This document shows, in pieces, positions 11,053 through 21,624 of a DNA stretch of 64,000 nucleotides (positions are counted from its first letter, which is position 1; every line of letters begins with the position of its first letter). A model generated the notes under the pieces. It saw only the letters and a list, made by a program, of their open reading frames with translations, made no database searches and was not told the origin of the DNA. The stretch comes from an uncultured Nitrososphaerales archaeon. GTDB taxonomy: Archaea; Thermoproteota; Nitrososphaeria; Nitrososphaerales; Nitrososphaeraceae. The DNA lies in contig CAVOHZ010000010.1 in the NCBI GenBank assembly GCA_963695855.1, positions 800,001 through 864,000 of the forward strand, read 5' to 3'. A program made the translations under genes and the position numbers.

Positions 11053-11151
11053 GTAAAATTTTAAATACAACTCAGTTATGATTAAAAAATTCAAATACTA
11101 TTAAAATTAAGATATACAAAAAGAAATGGGTAATCTCTACTTAATATTTAT

Positions 11152-11244
11152 TTATGTTGGGCGTCTTAGGCCAGATGCTATCACGTATGCCAATCCTACT
11201 GCTAACCCAAAAGTTAATGGAATCCACACCCCGAAAGTATCCAT
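11152..11244 (-). CDS. 30-aa single-TM small protein MDTFGVWIPLTFGLAVGLAYVIASGLRRPT (not in ORF track)
   Basis: ATG-TAA ORF, GC-richer than flanks, hydrophobic core with basic tail, TTTAATA TATA-like box ~25-30 nt upstream. Confidence 0.55.
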   Translation of the reverse strand: MDTFGVWIPLTFGLAVGLAYVIASGLRRPT

Positions 11245-11486
11245 ATTAATAGGAACATTTAGCTGCTGTATTAAATTACCAAGTATATCCATTTTCTGTC
11301 TATGATAAGACCGAGGTTGCTTATAAGCGTTTAAAAAATATGGCTTTTTTTATAAACAGAAAATTTTGGTGAATCCCTAAAACGTTCTTTTGACAGTTTA
11401 TTTTCCCCTTTATTATCATTTGATGATCGCTAAAAGCATCTCACCAGCAGTTTTCCTTAAATAACCCTAATATCAAAAAAATCTAC

Positions 11487-11765
11487 ATGAAGATGCAAAA
11501 GGAGATGCGAAAATTCTGTCCTAAGTGTAAGACGCATACCACTCAATCTGTTTCATTATATAAGAAAGGAAAAGATAGAAAGACTGCTTTGGGGGCCAGA
11601 AGGCATGCAGAAGACAAGAAGGGATACGGCGGTCAAAAATTTCCTGAATTGAAACGTACAGCAAAAACAACTAAGAAAATTACCCTTAAGTACACGTGTA
11701 AAACCTGTCAAAGAAAATCCATGAGACAAGGTATGAGAATGCGAAAATTAGAAATTAGCGCCTAA
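11487..11765 (+). CDS. rpl44e: 50S ribosomal protein L44e
   Basis: CPKCKTHT, KKGYGGQKFP, KTTKK, CKTC. Confidence 0.97.
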   Translation: MKMQKEMRKFCPKCKTHTTQSVSLYKKGKDRKTALGARRHAEDKKGYGGQKFPELKRTAKTTKKITLKYTCKTCQRKSMRQGMRMRKLEISA

Positions 11766-11786
11766 ATTAGTTATTGGTAATAAGAA

Positions 11787-11984
11787 ATGAATAAAGAGAA
11801 TATCTTAATTCCGCAACCATCGAGTGAGTATTTCACTATTCAATGCACAAAGTGCAATGATAAAATAATTATGTATTCCCATACGTCAAAGAATATTTAC
11901 TGCAAAACATGCAAAGAATTGTTAGCTCAAGCATCTGGGGGAAAAGCAAAGATATTTGGAAATATAATTGCGAATCTAGATTAG
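11787..11984 (+). CDS. rps27e: 30S ribosomal protein S27e
   Basis: CTKC..YSH..CKTC..LA..GGKA zinc ribbon; follows rpl44e. Confidence 0.95.
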   Translation: MNKENILIPQPSSEYFTIQCTKCNDKIIMYSHTSKNIYCKTCKELLAQASGGKAKIFGNIIANLD

Positions 11985-12503
11985 TAACAATTAAACTTTC
12001 TTCGTAGTAATTCTTATTTTCAAAATATATAAAGCTATTCTATCAAATTACGATGTTTTGGCGATATCGTGGGAGTCAACAAACAACTAGCATAAAATGG
12101 GTCAATAATTGTTTATAATTGCTGTTTGGAATTCGAATTTTTTATAACCTAAAGCTACAAAATAAAATTATTAGACATTATTACATTAGTGATAGCAATG
12201 CTTACTTTTGATATGAAGAATTTTTGATAGATTTCGATTGAAGATGGCGATGTGAAATTTTACTGGGGAAACAAAAAACAAGGTTATTATTATAACAAAT
12301 AATTCTGGAATAAAAAAAAGATTCTATAAGAATATTGTTTTAGTTTTCATTCCTTATATGCTGGGATAGTATAATTTAAAAATAATAACATGTGTCCGAG
12401 ATAACAATCAAGTACATCCATAAAATTACCAGATGGAAACTAATGTTAAGAACATATTACTTGTTCATTGATTTTTAGCCTTGTCTTATGTAATTAAAAT
12501 ATT

Positions 12504-13154
12504 TCATGTTTTCAGCATTCTTTTCGCTTTCTCAAGATCGGATTTTTCATTTACATTAACTGCTATCCCTTTTTGATTTAATACTATGAATCTCTCCGGA
12601 ATCTCACGTCCAAAGTCATATATTTTACTTGGGTTAAAGATTTCAATTCCAGAATAACAGTACTCTTTATATTCATAGGTAAAGCAAACACTTGGCTTTA
12701 TTCCTAAACCTTCTACAAATTCTTTTTCTATTATTATGGAATTGCATGGAAATCGAAAATCGCATGATTTTAAAATCTCAATTATTTCATATTCTGATAA
12801 TAACGGTAGGTCTGCAGATACCACAAAAATCATGTCGTTAGGAAATTTTTTAACGATTGTAATTAGATCTAGGGAATAACTATCTCCATCCGTTTCAACA
12901 AATTCTAGGTCATCAATAATTTTTCTTTTAATTTTTTTTGCCAGAAATGATTTTGTTCTGACTGTGTTTTTACTGGTACAGATAACAATTTTTAGAAAAC
13001 GTTTGGTATTTATCAAATTTTCAATCAAATATTCTATCATTCTTTTGTTTCCCAGTTTTATCATAGGTTTGTCAGTCCGATAATTTTTTTTCATTCTAGT
13101 ACCTTTTCCACCACACATTATTATGGCAATAATATCCATCTTTTTTTTAGACAT
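12504..13154 (-). CDS. cobY: Adenosylcobinamide-phosphate guanylyltransferase (NTP transferase)
   Basis: MCGGKGTRM, KPM, SADLP, NVN...DL motifs; in cob cluster. Confidence 0.85.
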   Translation of the reverse strand: MSKKKMDIIAIIMCGGKGTRMKKNYRTDKPMIKLGNKRMIEYLIENLINTKRFLKIVICTSKNTVRTKSFLAKKIKRKIIDDLEFVETDGDSYSLDLITIVKKFPNDMIFVVSADLPLLSEYEIIEILKSCDFRFPCNSIIIEKEFVEGLGIKPSVCFTYEYKEYCYSGIEIFNPSKIYDFGREIPERFIVLNQKGIAVNVNEKSDLEKAKRMLKT

Positions 13155-13156
13155 TA

Positions 13157-13915
13157 TTATATCGATCCCATAATAACAACATAAATAAAGTAAATAAAAA
13201 ATCTTGATAATTCGTTACAAGCTCCTATCACATCTCCAGATATTCCCCCTAAAGATCTATTAGAAATTAATAAGAGAAGTGAAGTTACAAGTAACATTCC
13301 AGCAACTGATAGTGCTATTTGGTAGACTCCTAGTCCAAAAATGATTAGTATTACAACCAACAGGATTGTTGATATGATAAACTTTTTTCTGTTCTTCATC
13401 TCAGTAATAAATATTGTATTTATTCCCTCCCATGCTGATTTACCTATGTAACATTGTAATACCATGCTATACTTAGAAAGAGTTTCAGCAATTATAATCA
13501 AAGAAAATAATTCAAATTTGTTGTTAATCTGAGACACTAAAACAATAACACCTACTATGTAGATAATAATTATTACAGTTCCAGCAGTTCCATTTCTTGG
13601 ATCCGTCATCACCTTATGTTTAATATCTTTAGAACCTCTTACCATCAATCCGTCTGCTAGGTCTGCAAGCGCATCTGTGTGGTGTAATCCCGTAAATGCA
13701 ATTAATGCAATTGTTACCATCATCCCAAGCATTAAATCTTGCAAATGGTCATATAGAATGAAGGCAAAAGATCCTACACTAAATCCTATTATGAATCCCA
13801 CAATTGGGAATAAATACATATTTTTTGCTATATAGCTAATATCATAACCTTTTCTTTTCGTTACCGGTATAATGGTTAAAAAAGATAAAACGGAAAATAT
13901 ATTATCAAATGCCAA
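13157..13915 (-). CDS. cobS: Adenosylcobinamide-GDP ribazoletransferase
   Basis: FLTIIP, TGLHHTDALADLADGL, MTDPRNG, GGISGDVIGA. Confidence 0.95.
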   Translation of the reverse strand: MAFDNIFSVLSFLTIIPVTKRKGYDISYIAKNMYLFPIVGFIIGFSVGSFAFILYDHLQDLMLGMMVTIALIAFTGLHHTDALADLADGLMVRGSKDIKHKVMTDPRNGTAGTVIIIIYIVGVIVLVSQINNKFELFSLIIIAETLSKYSMVLQCYIGKSAWEGINTIFITEMKNRKKFIISTILLVVILIIFGLGVYQIALSVAGMLLVTSLLLLISNRSLGGISGDVIGACNELSRFFIYFIYVVIMGSI

Positions 13916-14885
13916 AGACTATCGACCACCATTTCAAAAAGTCTAACAATAGTATAGTTGGAATAGAGATTAATAGACAAAATAGTATTGTTGTTATCTT
14001 CATTATTTTTATTGCAACTATACATTTTTGAATAGATAATATCTCCTCAGGATCGCCTAATGCATAATGATCTATTTTTTCTAATCTTATCTTCAATGCT
14101 CCTGCCATTGCAGACATCGGATGGCCAGAGTTTACACTAATTGAACAATTACGATCACGTATTAGAATTTTAATAGAATTTTTCCAATCAGCCCTTGCTA
14201 TAATCGATGAAATTATCATTAGCAAAGATGTGATTCTGGCTGGTATATAATTCGCAAATGTATCAGCTTTAGCAGCCATCCATCCAATATTAACAAAATA
14301 ATTGTTTCTATATCCAATCATAGAATCCAAGGTATTAATTATTCTGAACACAAAGGCTCCAGTTGGACCAAAAAAAGAAAAATAAAATAAAGGTGATATT
14401 ATACCATCTACTGTACTATCTGCTATAGATTCTACTGCCGCTGATAGGATATGTTGTTCATCCAGTTTTTGGGTATCTCTGCCTACGATGAAGGACAGTT
14501 TTAGACGCGCATTACCAATATCATTTCTCTTCAACGCGTTCACAATATCATCAATATGTTTGCCCATATTTTTAATGGCAATTGTACTGTAAAGTAGATA
14601 AATTGATAGTATAAAAAATATATAGAAATTAATATTTTTCAAATAAATTAAAAAGACTTGAACGAGAAATGCAGATATCACTATAAAAGATATTGTTAAA
14701 ACCACTCCTCTGATCTTTTCTTCATGCTGGTTTTCTTTTTCAGTTATCTTTAATTTTGGGATAAAATATTTTACTATTTTACCGATCCATGAGACGGGAT
14801 GAAACCTATTACTAGGGTCACCAAACGCCAGATCTATAGTTAGAGAAAGAATTAGGATAAAGATAATATGTATTGATGATATCAT
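13905..14885 (-). CDS. cbiB: Adenosylcobinamide-phosphate synthase CbiB
   Basis: GDP..HPV.WIG, VGRDT, NTLDSMIGY, NYIPAR, NSG.PM.AMAGAL. Confidence 0.95.
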   Translation of the reverse strand: MISSIHIIFILILSLTIDLAFGDPSNRFHPVSWIGKIVKYFIPKLKITEKENQHEEKIRGVVLTISFIVISAFLVQVFLIYLKNINFYIFFILSIYLLYSTIAIKNMGKHIDDIVNALKRNDIGNARLKLSFIVGRDTQKLDEQHILSAAVESIADSTVDGIISPLFYFSFFGPTGAFVFRIINTLDSMIGYRNNYFVNIGWMAAKADTFANYIPARITSLLMIISSIIARADWKNSIKILIRDRNCSISVNSGHPMSAMAGALKIRLEKIDHYALGDPEEILSIQKCIVAIKIMKITTILFCLLISIPTILLLDFLKWWSIVFGI

Positions 14886-15772
14886 CTGGTTAATTTCAAA
14901 ACCTTATCTAAAATAAATTCTAGTTTAATATTTTTTCTGATCTCTGTTGATAATATGTCTATTTGCTGGTCTAATATTTCTTTTGAATATGTGAAATGTT
15001 CGCCGTTATTATTATCATGGGTAAGGTCTATCTTAGTATTGGTACCGTCTAATGAGTCTTCCTCTGGTAAAGAAAAATCAATTTTTGGAATAATTCCGAG
15101 ACATTCCATATTTTTTGCTGATTGTACATATTTTATTGCATTTTTAAGTAAACTTTTATCACCACGAAATTTGTTTATTAAAAATCCTTTGACTAATTTT
15201 TGATGTTTGCTTTGCAATAATTCCATAGTTCCTACAAGGCTTGCAAAACAACCTCCTCTTTCGATGTCCGATATGAGTAGAACGGGACTTTTCGTTTTTT
15301 CAGCTAGCAACATATTAGCTATATCATATTTTGCTATGTTAATTTCGGCAGGAGACCCAGCTCCTTCTACAATCAATATATCATTGTCTTTTCTCAAAGT
15401 CTTCATTGATTCCAAGACCATGGGCAAGCCAGTCTGTAAGACAAAATCTTTATAGTATTTAGAAGCTGTCATCTCTGCATAAAATTTTCCTTTAATAAAG
15501 ACTCTGCTTCTATAATCCCCTAGAGGCATCAATAAAATAGGGTTAATTTTCCAACTAGGTTTTTTTCTTGCAGCAATTGCTTGTACTGCCTGAATATTTG
15601 ATATTACCTCCGATTTAGAAATATTGAAAATTTTTGACGACATGTTCTGCGCCTTGAATGGACAAACACGAAACCCTAGATCAGACAAAATTCTGCACAA
15701 TGCAATAACTAATGTACTTTTTCCTGCACCAGAAGAAGTGCCCTGAACCATCAATATTTTTGCCTGTTCCAA
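14882..15772 (-). CDS. cobQ: Cobyric acid synthase, short form (synthase domain only)
   Basis: QGTSSGAGKS, PFKAQNMS, EGAGSPAEIN, DIERGG, INKFRGD, PEEDS; ends before a glutamine amidotransferase domain. Confidence 0.9.
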   Translation of the reverse strand: MEQAKILMVQGTSSGAGKSTLVIALCRILSDLGFRVCPFKAQNMSSKIFNISKSEVISNIQAVQAIAARKKPSWKINPILLMPLGDYRSRVFIKGKFYAEMTASKYYKDFVLQTGLPMVLESMKTLRKDNDILIVEGAGSPAEINIAKYDIANMLLAEKTKSPVLLISDIERGGCFASLVGTMELLQSKHQKLVKGFLINKFRGDKSLLKNAIKYVQSAKNMECLGIIPKIDFSLPEEDSLDGTNTKIDLTHDNNNGEHFTYSKEILDQQIDILSTEIRKNIKLEFILDKVLKLTR

Positions 15773-15823
15773 ATTGTTTTTTACCTTCTATCTGTGCACA
15801 TTTTAATTATCAATACTGACCCA

Positions 15824-17002
15824 TTAATTATTAATATTTTTCTCCATGTTTTCTAAAGCAGTTAAAAGAAGTTCATTTTCGCTACGAGTTTTTACTGCAA
15901 TTCTGATAAACTCATTCGACATTCCTCTAAAACTGCTACAGTCACGAACCAAGATACCATAATTTTTCAACAATTCTTCTTTGTACCATGTAGAATCCTT
16001 ATTTTTTAACTTGATCAATAAAAAATTAGCTTCTGAATTATATGCGACCAAACCCTTCATTTTTTCTCTTAGTGCTTTCAACATCCGAATTTTCTCTTTT
16101 TCTATTATTTTTTTAGCTCTCACTAAGTGATCTTGATCATTAAGTGCTTCTATTCCTGCAATTTGAGCTACACCATTTACATTCCATGCAATTTGATTCA
16201 AGTTTATTTTTGTTATTAAAGAAGGATTTGCAACTAAATAACCTAGTCGCAAACCTGCTAAACCAAATGACTTTGTCATAGATCTTAATATTATTAGATT
16301 ATCATATTCCATCACATCTGAAATCATTGAATTCCTTTCATAATTTTTTACAAATTCTATAAAACTTTCATCAATTAATACTAATGTTGACTTGTTCTTT
16401 GCCTCTTTCATAATTTTTTTGATTATTTCTACTGGCGTTAATATACCAGTTGGGTTATTAGGATTGCAAAGGAATAGGATATTGTTGTTTCTTTTTTTTA
16501 GTTTTTTGATCATGAGATCATTATCAATTTGAAAATTTTCTAATGGATCGATGAAATCAACTTTTAAATCCATTCTTCTAACTGCCAATTCATATTCGCA
16601 AAATGTAGGAATTGGAATGAATGCTTTATACGGAAATGTTCTAACAAATTGATGTATTAGTTCAGTAGCTCCATTTCCTACTGTAATACATTCAGGATGG
16701 ATATTATAATCTAAATATTTTGAAATTCTTCTTCTTAATTCTCTACATTTTGGATCTGGATATGTGATTGAAACATTTCTAATATTCTGCGATATCATGC
16801 TTAATACTTTTCTTGAAATTCCGAGAGGATTGATATTTGAACTAAAATCTATTCTTATTTCCTGATTATTATCTGTTGAATATAATCCTCCATGAGTACA
16901 TGAATCTAATCTTTTAAATTCAGTGTGATCATTCATATAAGAATTCTCTCGATCATAGTTGGGCTTTATCAAATCTCTGATGAACAAGATTGATATTTCC
17001 AA
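15824..17002 (-). CDS. cobD: Threonine-phosphate decarboxylase (PLP, HisC-like); true start probably the internal Met (MNDHT)
   Basis: HGG, DFSSNINPLG, YPD, NPNNPTG, DESF, RSMTKSFGLAGLRLGY; in cob cluster. Confidence 0.85.
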   Translation of the reverse strand: MEISILFIRDLIKPNYDRENSYMNDHTEFKRLDSCTHGGLYSTDNNQEIRIDFSSNINPLGISRKVLSMISQNIRNVSITYPDPKCRELRRRISKYLDYNIHPECITVGNGATELIHQFVRTFPYKAFIPIPTFCEYELAVRRMDLKVDFIDPLENFQIDNDLMIKKLKKRNNNILFLCNPNNPTGILTPVEIIKKIMKEAKNKSTLVLIDESFIEFVKNYERNSMISDVMEYDNLIILRSMTKSFGLAGLRLGYLVANPSLITKINLNQIAWNVNGVAQIAGIEALNDQDHLVRAKKIIEKEKIRMLKALREKMKGLVAYNSEANFLLIKLKNKDSTWYKEELLKNYGILVRDCSSFRGMSNEFIRIAVKTRSENELLLTALENMEKNINN

Positions 17003-17070
17003 TCATGTAAATAGTTTGTTTGCTTGAATAACGATTATTAGATCGTTGTTATTTATTTAATTGCTGTAAT

Positions 17071-18147
17071 ATGTTAAAAGTAGCGTTAATAGGTTCTACC
17101 GGTGCAGTTGGACAAGAATTTGTAATAGCACTTGCAAACCATCCTTGGTTTGAATTACAGGATATAGCCTCATCTGAAAGATCAGCGGGAAAAAAATATA
17201 TCGATGCCATTAGAGACCAAAACACAGGTATACTAAAATGGCATAACAAAGAACAAGTTCCAGATTATATTAAAGAAAAAGTTGTAAGTAAGGTTGATGA
17301 CATAGATCCTAAAAATTATGATCTTATTTTTACTGCGTTAGAATCATCAGACGCACAAATGATTGAGCCAAAAATGGCTGAAATAACTCCGGTTATAAGT
17401 ACAGCTGCTGCTTTCAGGTATCAAGACGATGTTCCAATATTGATTCCAGGGATTAATGATGAACATGTAGAATTATTGAACATCCAAAAGAAAAACAGAC
17501 AATGGAAAGGGTTTGTGTGTCCGCTACCTAATTGTACAACCACCGGTTTGGCAATTTCTCTGAAACCTATATTAGACAATTTTGGCATCGAAAGTATTTT
17601 TATGACTTCAATGCAAGCTCTTTCTGGAGCTGGAAGATCTCCTGGAGTTGCTGCTTTAGATATAATAGACAATGTCATACCATTTATTCCAAAAGAAGAA
17701 GAAAAGGTGCAAGTAGAAACCAAAAAGATCCTTGGATCCCTTACAGATAGTTCTATATCTCCTTCAACAGTTAAGGTTAGTTGTACTTGTACTAGAGTAC
17801 CTGTTTTAGATGGCCATACAGAAACAGTATTTGTGGAGACAAAAACTCCTGTTGATCCAGACCAAGTAAAACAAGCAATGATCAATTTTTCAGATTCTGT
17901 CAAACTCAGCGGATTACCGTCATCACCAAAGCAATACATAATAGTTCATGATGACCCTACTAGACCTCAACCCAGAATCGATAGGGAAATCAATGATGGG
18001 ATGACTACATTTGTTGGAAGATTACGAAAGGATACTGTATTTGACAATGGAATTAAGTATGTACTTTTATCTCACAATGAAAAGATGGGTTCAGCAAAAG
18101 GTGCAGTACTTTTAGCTGAATTGCTAAAATCTAAGAATATGATATAG
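17071..18147 (+). CDS. asd: Aspartate-semialdehyde dehydrogenase
   Basis: GSTGAVGQ, PNCTT, QALSGAG, RVPVLDGH, RPQPR. Confidence 0.96.
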   Translation: MLKVALIGSTGAVGQEFVIALANHPWFELQDIASSERSAGKKYIDAIRDQNTGILKWHNKEQVPDYIKEKVVSKVDDIDPKNYDLIFTALESSDAQMIEPKMAEITPVISTAAAFRYQDDVPILIPGINDEHVELLNIQKKNRQWKGFVCPLPNCTTTGLAISLKPILDNFGIESIFMTSMQALSGAGRSPGVAALDIIDNVIPFIPKEEEKVQVETKKILGSLTDSSISPSTVKVSCTCTRVPVLDGHTETVFVETKTPVDPDQVKQAMINFSDSVKLSGLPSSPKQYIIVHDDPTRPQPRIDREINDGMTTFVGRLRKDTVFDNGIKYVLLSHNEKMGSAKGAVLLAELLKSKNMI

Positions 18148-18245
18148 AGAATATGACATAGAATGGTGGAGATTTTTTTAATTTTAAGATATAAATATCA
18201 AAACATAGAATCAGTTATGACATAACACGAGTTGAGAGTTAAACT

Positions 18246-19133
18246 GTGATTCGACAAGTAACATTAGGAAAAAAAGTAAAAAATTATTATGAATTAACAA
18301 AACCAAAAATATGGTATTTGTTAGTTTTTACTGCTTTCGGATCCGCTCTTACTGCTTCTTTCCTATTTGATATCCCGATTAGTGTTGTTACGTGGATTCT
18401 GTTATTAGGTGGAGTGGCAGCAGGTTCTGCTGCAGCCGATACTCTAACTGGTTATAACGATAGGGATATTGATGCAATAATGGAAAGAACAAAAGATAGA
18501 CCTATTCCATCAGGAAGAATTTCCCCCAAGAATGCTTTAATATTTGGTTTAATTTTAATGGCAATCTCTTTGGTATTTTCTTGGTTCATAAATATCTGGG
18601 CATTTATTCTGATGATATTCGGTCTTTTTGATAATATAATTATTTACAGTAAATGGTTAAAAAGACGGAGTCAGTCAAATATTATTCTAGGTGGATTTTC
18701 AGGAGCTGCCCCCGCTCTAATAGGATATCTTGCTGTAACTACACAGAGTATTGAGATAGGTCTAGTAATGGCAGCTCTGGTATTTTTGTGGATACCAACG
18801 CATATTTGGAGTCTTGCTTTGCATGTGAAAAAAGATTATCAAAAGGCAAAGGTTCCAATGTTACCGGTAGTATCCGATGAGAAAACATCAGTCAGGATTA
18901 TTGCCGCAACTACTGTAATGATGATATTTTTTAGTATTCTGCCGTTTTTCTTTAATCAATTTGGTTTAATATATCTGATCACGACAAGTGTATTCGGAGC
19001 AGTAATGATGGCACTCTGTTTGTGGCTTTTGATTAAACCTACAGAACGTGCATCATGGACAGTTTTTAAATTTTCGAGTCCATATCTGACAGCCATATTT
19101 ATTGCATTTATTGTTGATTCATTCTTTCATTAA
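18246..19133 (+). CDS. cyoE: Protoheme IX farnesyltransferase (heme o synthase)
   Basis: YYELTKPKI, DRDID.IMERTKDRPIPSG, WLKRR, LWIPTH, VPMLP. Confidence 0.95.
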   Translation: MIRQVTLGKKVKNYYELTKPKIWYLLVFTAFGSALTASFLFDIPISVVTWILLLGGVAAGSAAADTLTGYNDRDIDAIMERTKDRPIPSGRISPKNALIFGLILMAISLVFSWFINIWAFILMIFGLFDNIIIYSKWLKRRSQSNIILGGFSGAAPALIGYLAVTTQSIEIGLVMAALVFLWIPTHIWSLALHVKKDYQKAKVPMLPVVSDEKTSVRIIAATTVMMIFFSILPFFFNQFGLIYLITTSVFGAVMMALCLWLLIKPTERASWTVFKFSSPYLTAIFIAFIVDSFFH

Positions 19134-19219
19134 ATACATCTACAAAGAACTATTTCATTTTATTTTCAGGAGATTTCTTTATTAAAATTTATTAAACAAT
19201 ATAGTTTTAATGTTATTGA

Positions 19220-19702
19220 ATGGGTCTTGATCATAATGAAGATTCAAATGAGCATGTAAAATCATGGATGGTTGAATGGGGTAAAATAATTGAAGAATTT
19301 GAAGATTATTCAAAGGCACTTGAACTTTTTGACTCAAAATCTTCTGAGGACGTGATTCTATACGAAGTTCAAAGAACTTTGTCTGACGGTTCTATTGTCA
19401 AAAAAATACCTATTCTTAATACCAAAAAGTCTCGTAAAAGAATGGAGGAGTTGGATAAAAAAAGACAAAAAGAAATCCAAAATCTTAAAAAAGAAGACCA
19501 GATTAAAAAACAAAAAGATGTCCCACAAAAAAATAGAATTCAAGACATAAAGTACAGAATAATATTTTTGATAGTTGTTGTTATTGCATTTTTTATCTTA
19601 CTTTATATTCTTAGTCAATTAGTTGCATCCTCCGATACTCTTCATTCTCACGTACTAGGATATGAAATCAAAACAATACAATCTAATATCGTTGAATATT
19701 AA
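19220..19702 (+). CDS. Hypothetical protein with coiled coil and C-terminal TM helix
   Basis: 160-aa ORF, charged region then hydrophobic IIFLIVVVIAFFILLYIL. Confidence 0.6.
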   Translation: MGLDHNEDSNEHVKSWMVEWGKIIEEFEDYSKALELFDSKSSEDVILYEVQRTLSDGSIVKKIPILNTKKSRKRMEELDKKRQKEIQNLKKEDQIKKQKDVPQKNRIQDIKYRIIFLIVVVIAFFILLYILSQLVASSDTLHSHVLGYEIKTIQSNIVEY

Positions 19703-19753
19703 CAATAGGCGAATTATTACAAAATTATTCTGTATTCTTCTCCTTGTTGTCTT

Positions 19754-20548
19754 TCATTTTGTAGATATATTAAATATTTCATCAAGTGTGATCGAGTACG
19801 GTTTTTTACCGCTTACTTTGAACCTAGTTGAGTTTCCCTTGATATCAGCCTCTTGAATAAATCCCAATTTCCTAAAAATAGATAAAGCTATTTTTCCCCT
19901 TTGTCTATTATTACCACAAGCAATTCTATCTTTATCTTGAATATTTTGAAGAATAAACATTCCACCTTTATTTTCATTCGATAGTGAAATAACAGCCCTC
20001 CATAGTCGAGAAATATAAGAATTAGGATCGTTTAGTGATCCCATATAAATAATTTTTGAACCACCAAGAGATTTTGTAATTAACTGAGCAGCAAAATTCA
20101 TCCTGTCTGTTTCTTTGAAATAGATTCTATACACGCTTTGTTTTTTGAATTGCCTACTTTCTTCATTGTCAAACCAATATGCATATCCAGACGGTTCTGA
20201 CAAAAATGGTTGAACGTATTCTTTATTATGTTCTAAATTAATATAATTTACGTTGTTGTGGTCATAATTGATTTTTTCATCTCGCGTTATTTTCTTTTTA
20301 TCATTGACCTTAATAATTTTCTGTGCATCGCCTAACCTTTCGAAATTAACTATGTATTTTCTCTTCTTCCTAGATTCGATCAACATAATGATTCCCTCGT
20401 CTATCAAATCTCTCAGTGCCCTATCTAGGTTAATATCGTAATACTTCCCGATTTCTCTCAAAATTTGGTCATGGTACACGGCATTATGTACTCCCTCTCC
20501 AATTAATTGATAGAGGAACCACTTCTTCCAGCCGTCCACATTCAACAT
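19754..20548 (-). CDS. Hypothetical protein with probable N- and C-terminal winged-helix domains
   Basis: LDRALRDLIDEGII..KRKYIVN and KIALSIFRKLGFIQEA..STRFKV resemble wHTH recognition helix plus wing. Confidence 0.55.
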   Translation of the reverse strand: MLNVDGWKKWFLYQLIGEGVHNAVYHDQILREIGKYYDINLDRALRDLIDEGIIMLIESRKKRKYIVNFERLGDAQKIIKVNDKKKITRDEKINYDHNNVNYINLEHNKEYVQPFLSEPSGYAYWFDNEESRQFKKQSVYRIYFKETDRMNFAAQLITKSLGGSKIIYMGSLNDPNSYISRLWRAVISLSNENKGGMFILQNIQDKDRIACGNNRQRGKIALSIFRKLGFIQEADIKGNSTRFKVSGKKPYSITLDEIFNISTK

Positions 20549-20613
20549 TATATAAAAGCTATTTTTCTCGAATATATAAGGATAAACACGTATTATAAAA
20601 ATATTTCAAGATT

Positions 20614-20997
20614 ATGAAATTTATATGTGATGCATATATTTTATCGGTATCATTGAACCAATCACACTCTTATAAACGAAAACGACCCATAGAGAATCTA
20701 TTTAAAAACGATATCGCTCGGGTATTAGATTTGTTTATTTTTAACTCAGAGTTTTCATATTCCACAAAAGAAGTAAGTGATTTAACCGAAATCCCATATC
20801 AAAAAATCCAAAGGATTTTGATAACATTGGTGAAGAAGAAAATAATTTTAGCTAAAAAATCAGGCAACATGAAGAGCTTTTCCATAAACAATAATTCTGA
20901 ACTTTCAAGAGCTCTGATTAAGTTTGTTCATCAATCCGTTAACATGGAAATTGAAAAATTTATTAAAAATTCGCCTGCAATGATAATAAAAAGGTAA
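20614..20997 (+). CDS. Winged-helix DNA-binding protein
   Basis: RVLDLF..YSTKEVSDLTEIPYQKIQRILITLVKKKII..KSGNMKSFSIN. Confidence 0.7.
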   Translation: MKFICDAYILSVSLNQSHSYKRKRPIENLFKNDIARVLDLFIFNSEFSYSTKEVSDLTEIPYQKIQRILITLVKKKIILAKKSGNMKSFSINNNSELSRALIKFVHQSVNMEIEKFIKNSPAMIIKR

Positions 20998-21392
20998 TGT
21001 ACTTTTTTCTGAATTGTTACTCTAAAGATGATTTGATAAAGTTTTGCAAATATCCTTTGGGAAAACCAACATAGGCTTAGGTACGATTGACGATGGGGTA
21101 AAATAATGAAGTCGTATCCCTTTCAGAATTTTATAAGAAAATTTTCTTTAATGCCTTTTTTGTAAAATCTCATATAATAATTCCAGTAAAAAGCTGAGGT
21201 ATAAAGTATGAAATTTAGTAAGATTGATTTTATAAGAATTTTGACATGACATTATTATTATTTTATGATTACCTTTACTAAACATAATTGATATCTGGAT
21301 TAATTTAGCGCACTTGTGTAATTTACGAATCTCAAATTTATATATTGACGATTTTTAAATTGGTTTAATTATGAGGAATTTCTAGTAAAGAT

Positions 21393-21569
21393 ATGCCCCT
21401 TATCACAGTATCTATGTATCCAGGAAGATCGGAAGATCAAAAAAAAGAATTTGCAAAAGAGGTTACGGATATGGCGGTAAAAATTCTCAAAACAAAAGTG
21501 GAACATGTTATTGTAGTTTTTGATGAGAATCCAAAAGAAAATTGGTATTTGTCAGGAAAAAACCTCTGA
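21393..21569 (+). CDS. 4-oxalocrotonate tautomerase family protein (58 aa, not in ORF track)
   Basis: MPLITVSMYPGRSEDQKKEFAKEVT..HVIVVFDE.PKENW; catalytic Pro1 and GR motif. Confidence 0.9.
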   Translation: MPLITVSMYPGRSEDQKKEFAKEVTDMAVKILKTKVEHVIVVFDENPKENWYLSGKNL

Positions 21570-21624
21570 TATTAAATAATCGATAAAAAATATTTTTTCT
21601 ATAATAGTCTTTATTTGATTTATC

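Noticed and set aside
11400-11470. C/D-box sRNA upstream of rpl44e (TGATGA at ~11421)
   Set aside because: No matching D box (CTGA) or terminal stem at a suitable distance.
1267-17939. Short overlapping ORFs inside valS, cdc6, cobQ, asd and other core genes
   Set aside because: Antisense or off-frame shadows of well-supported genes, with no recognisable motifs.
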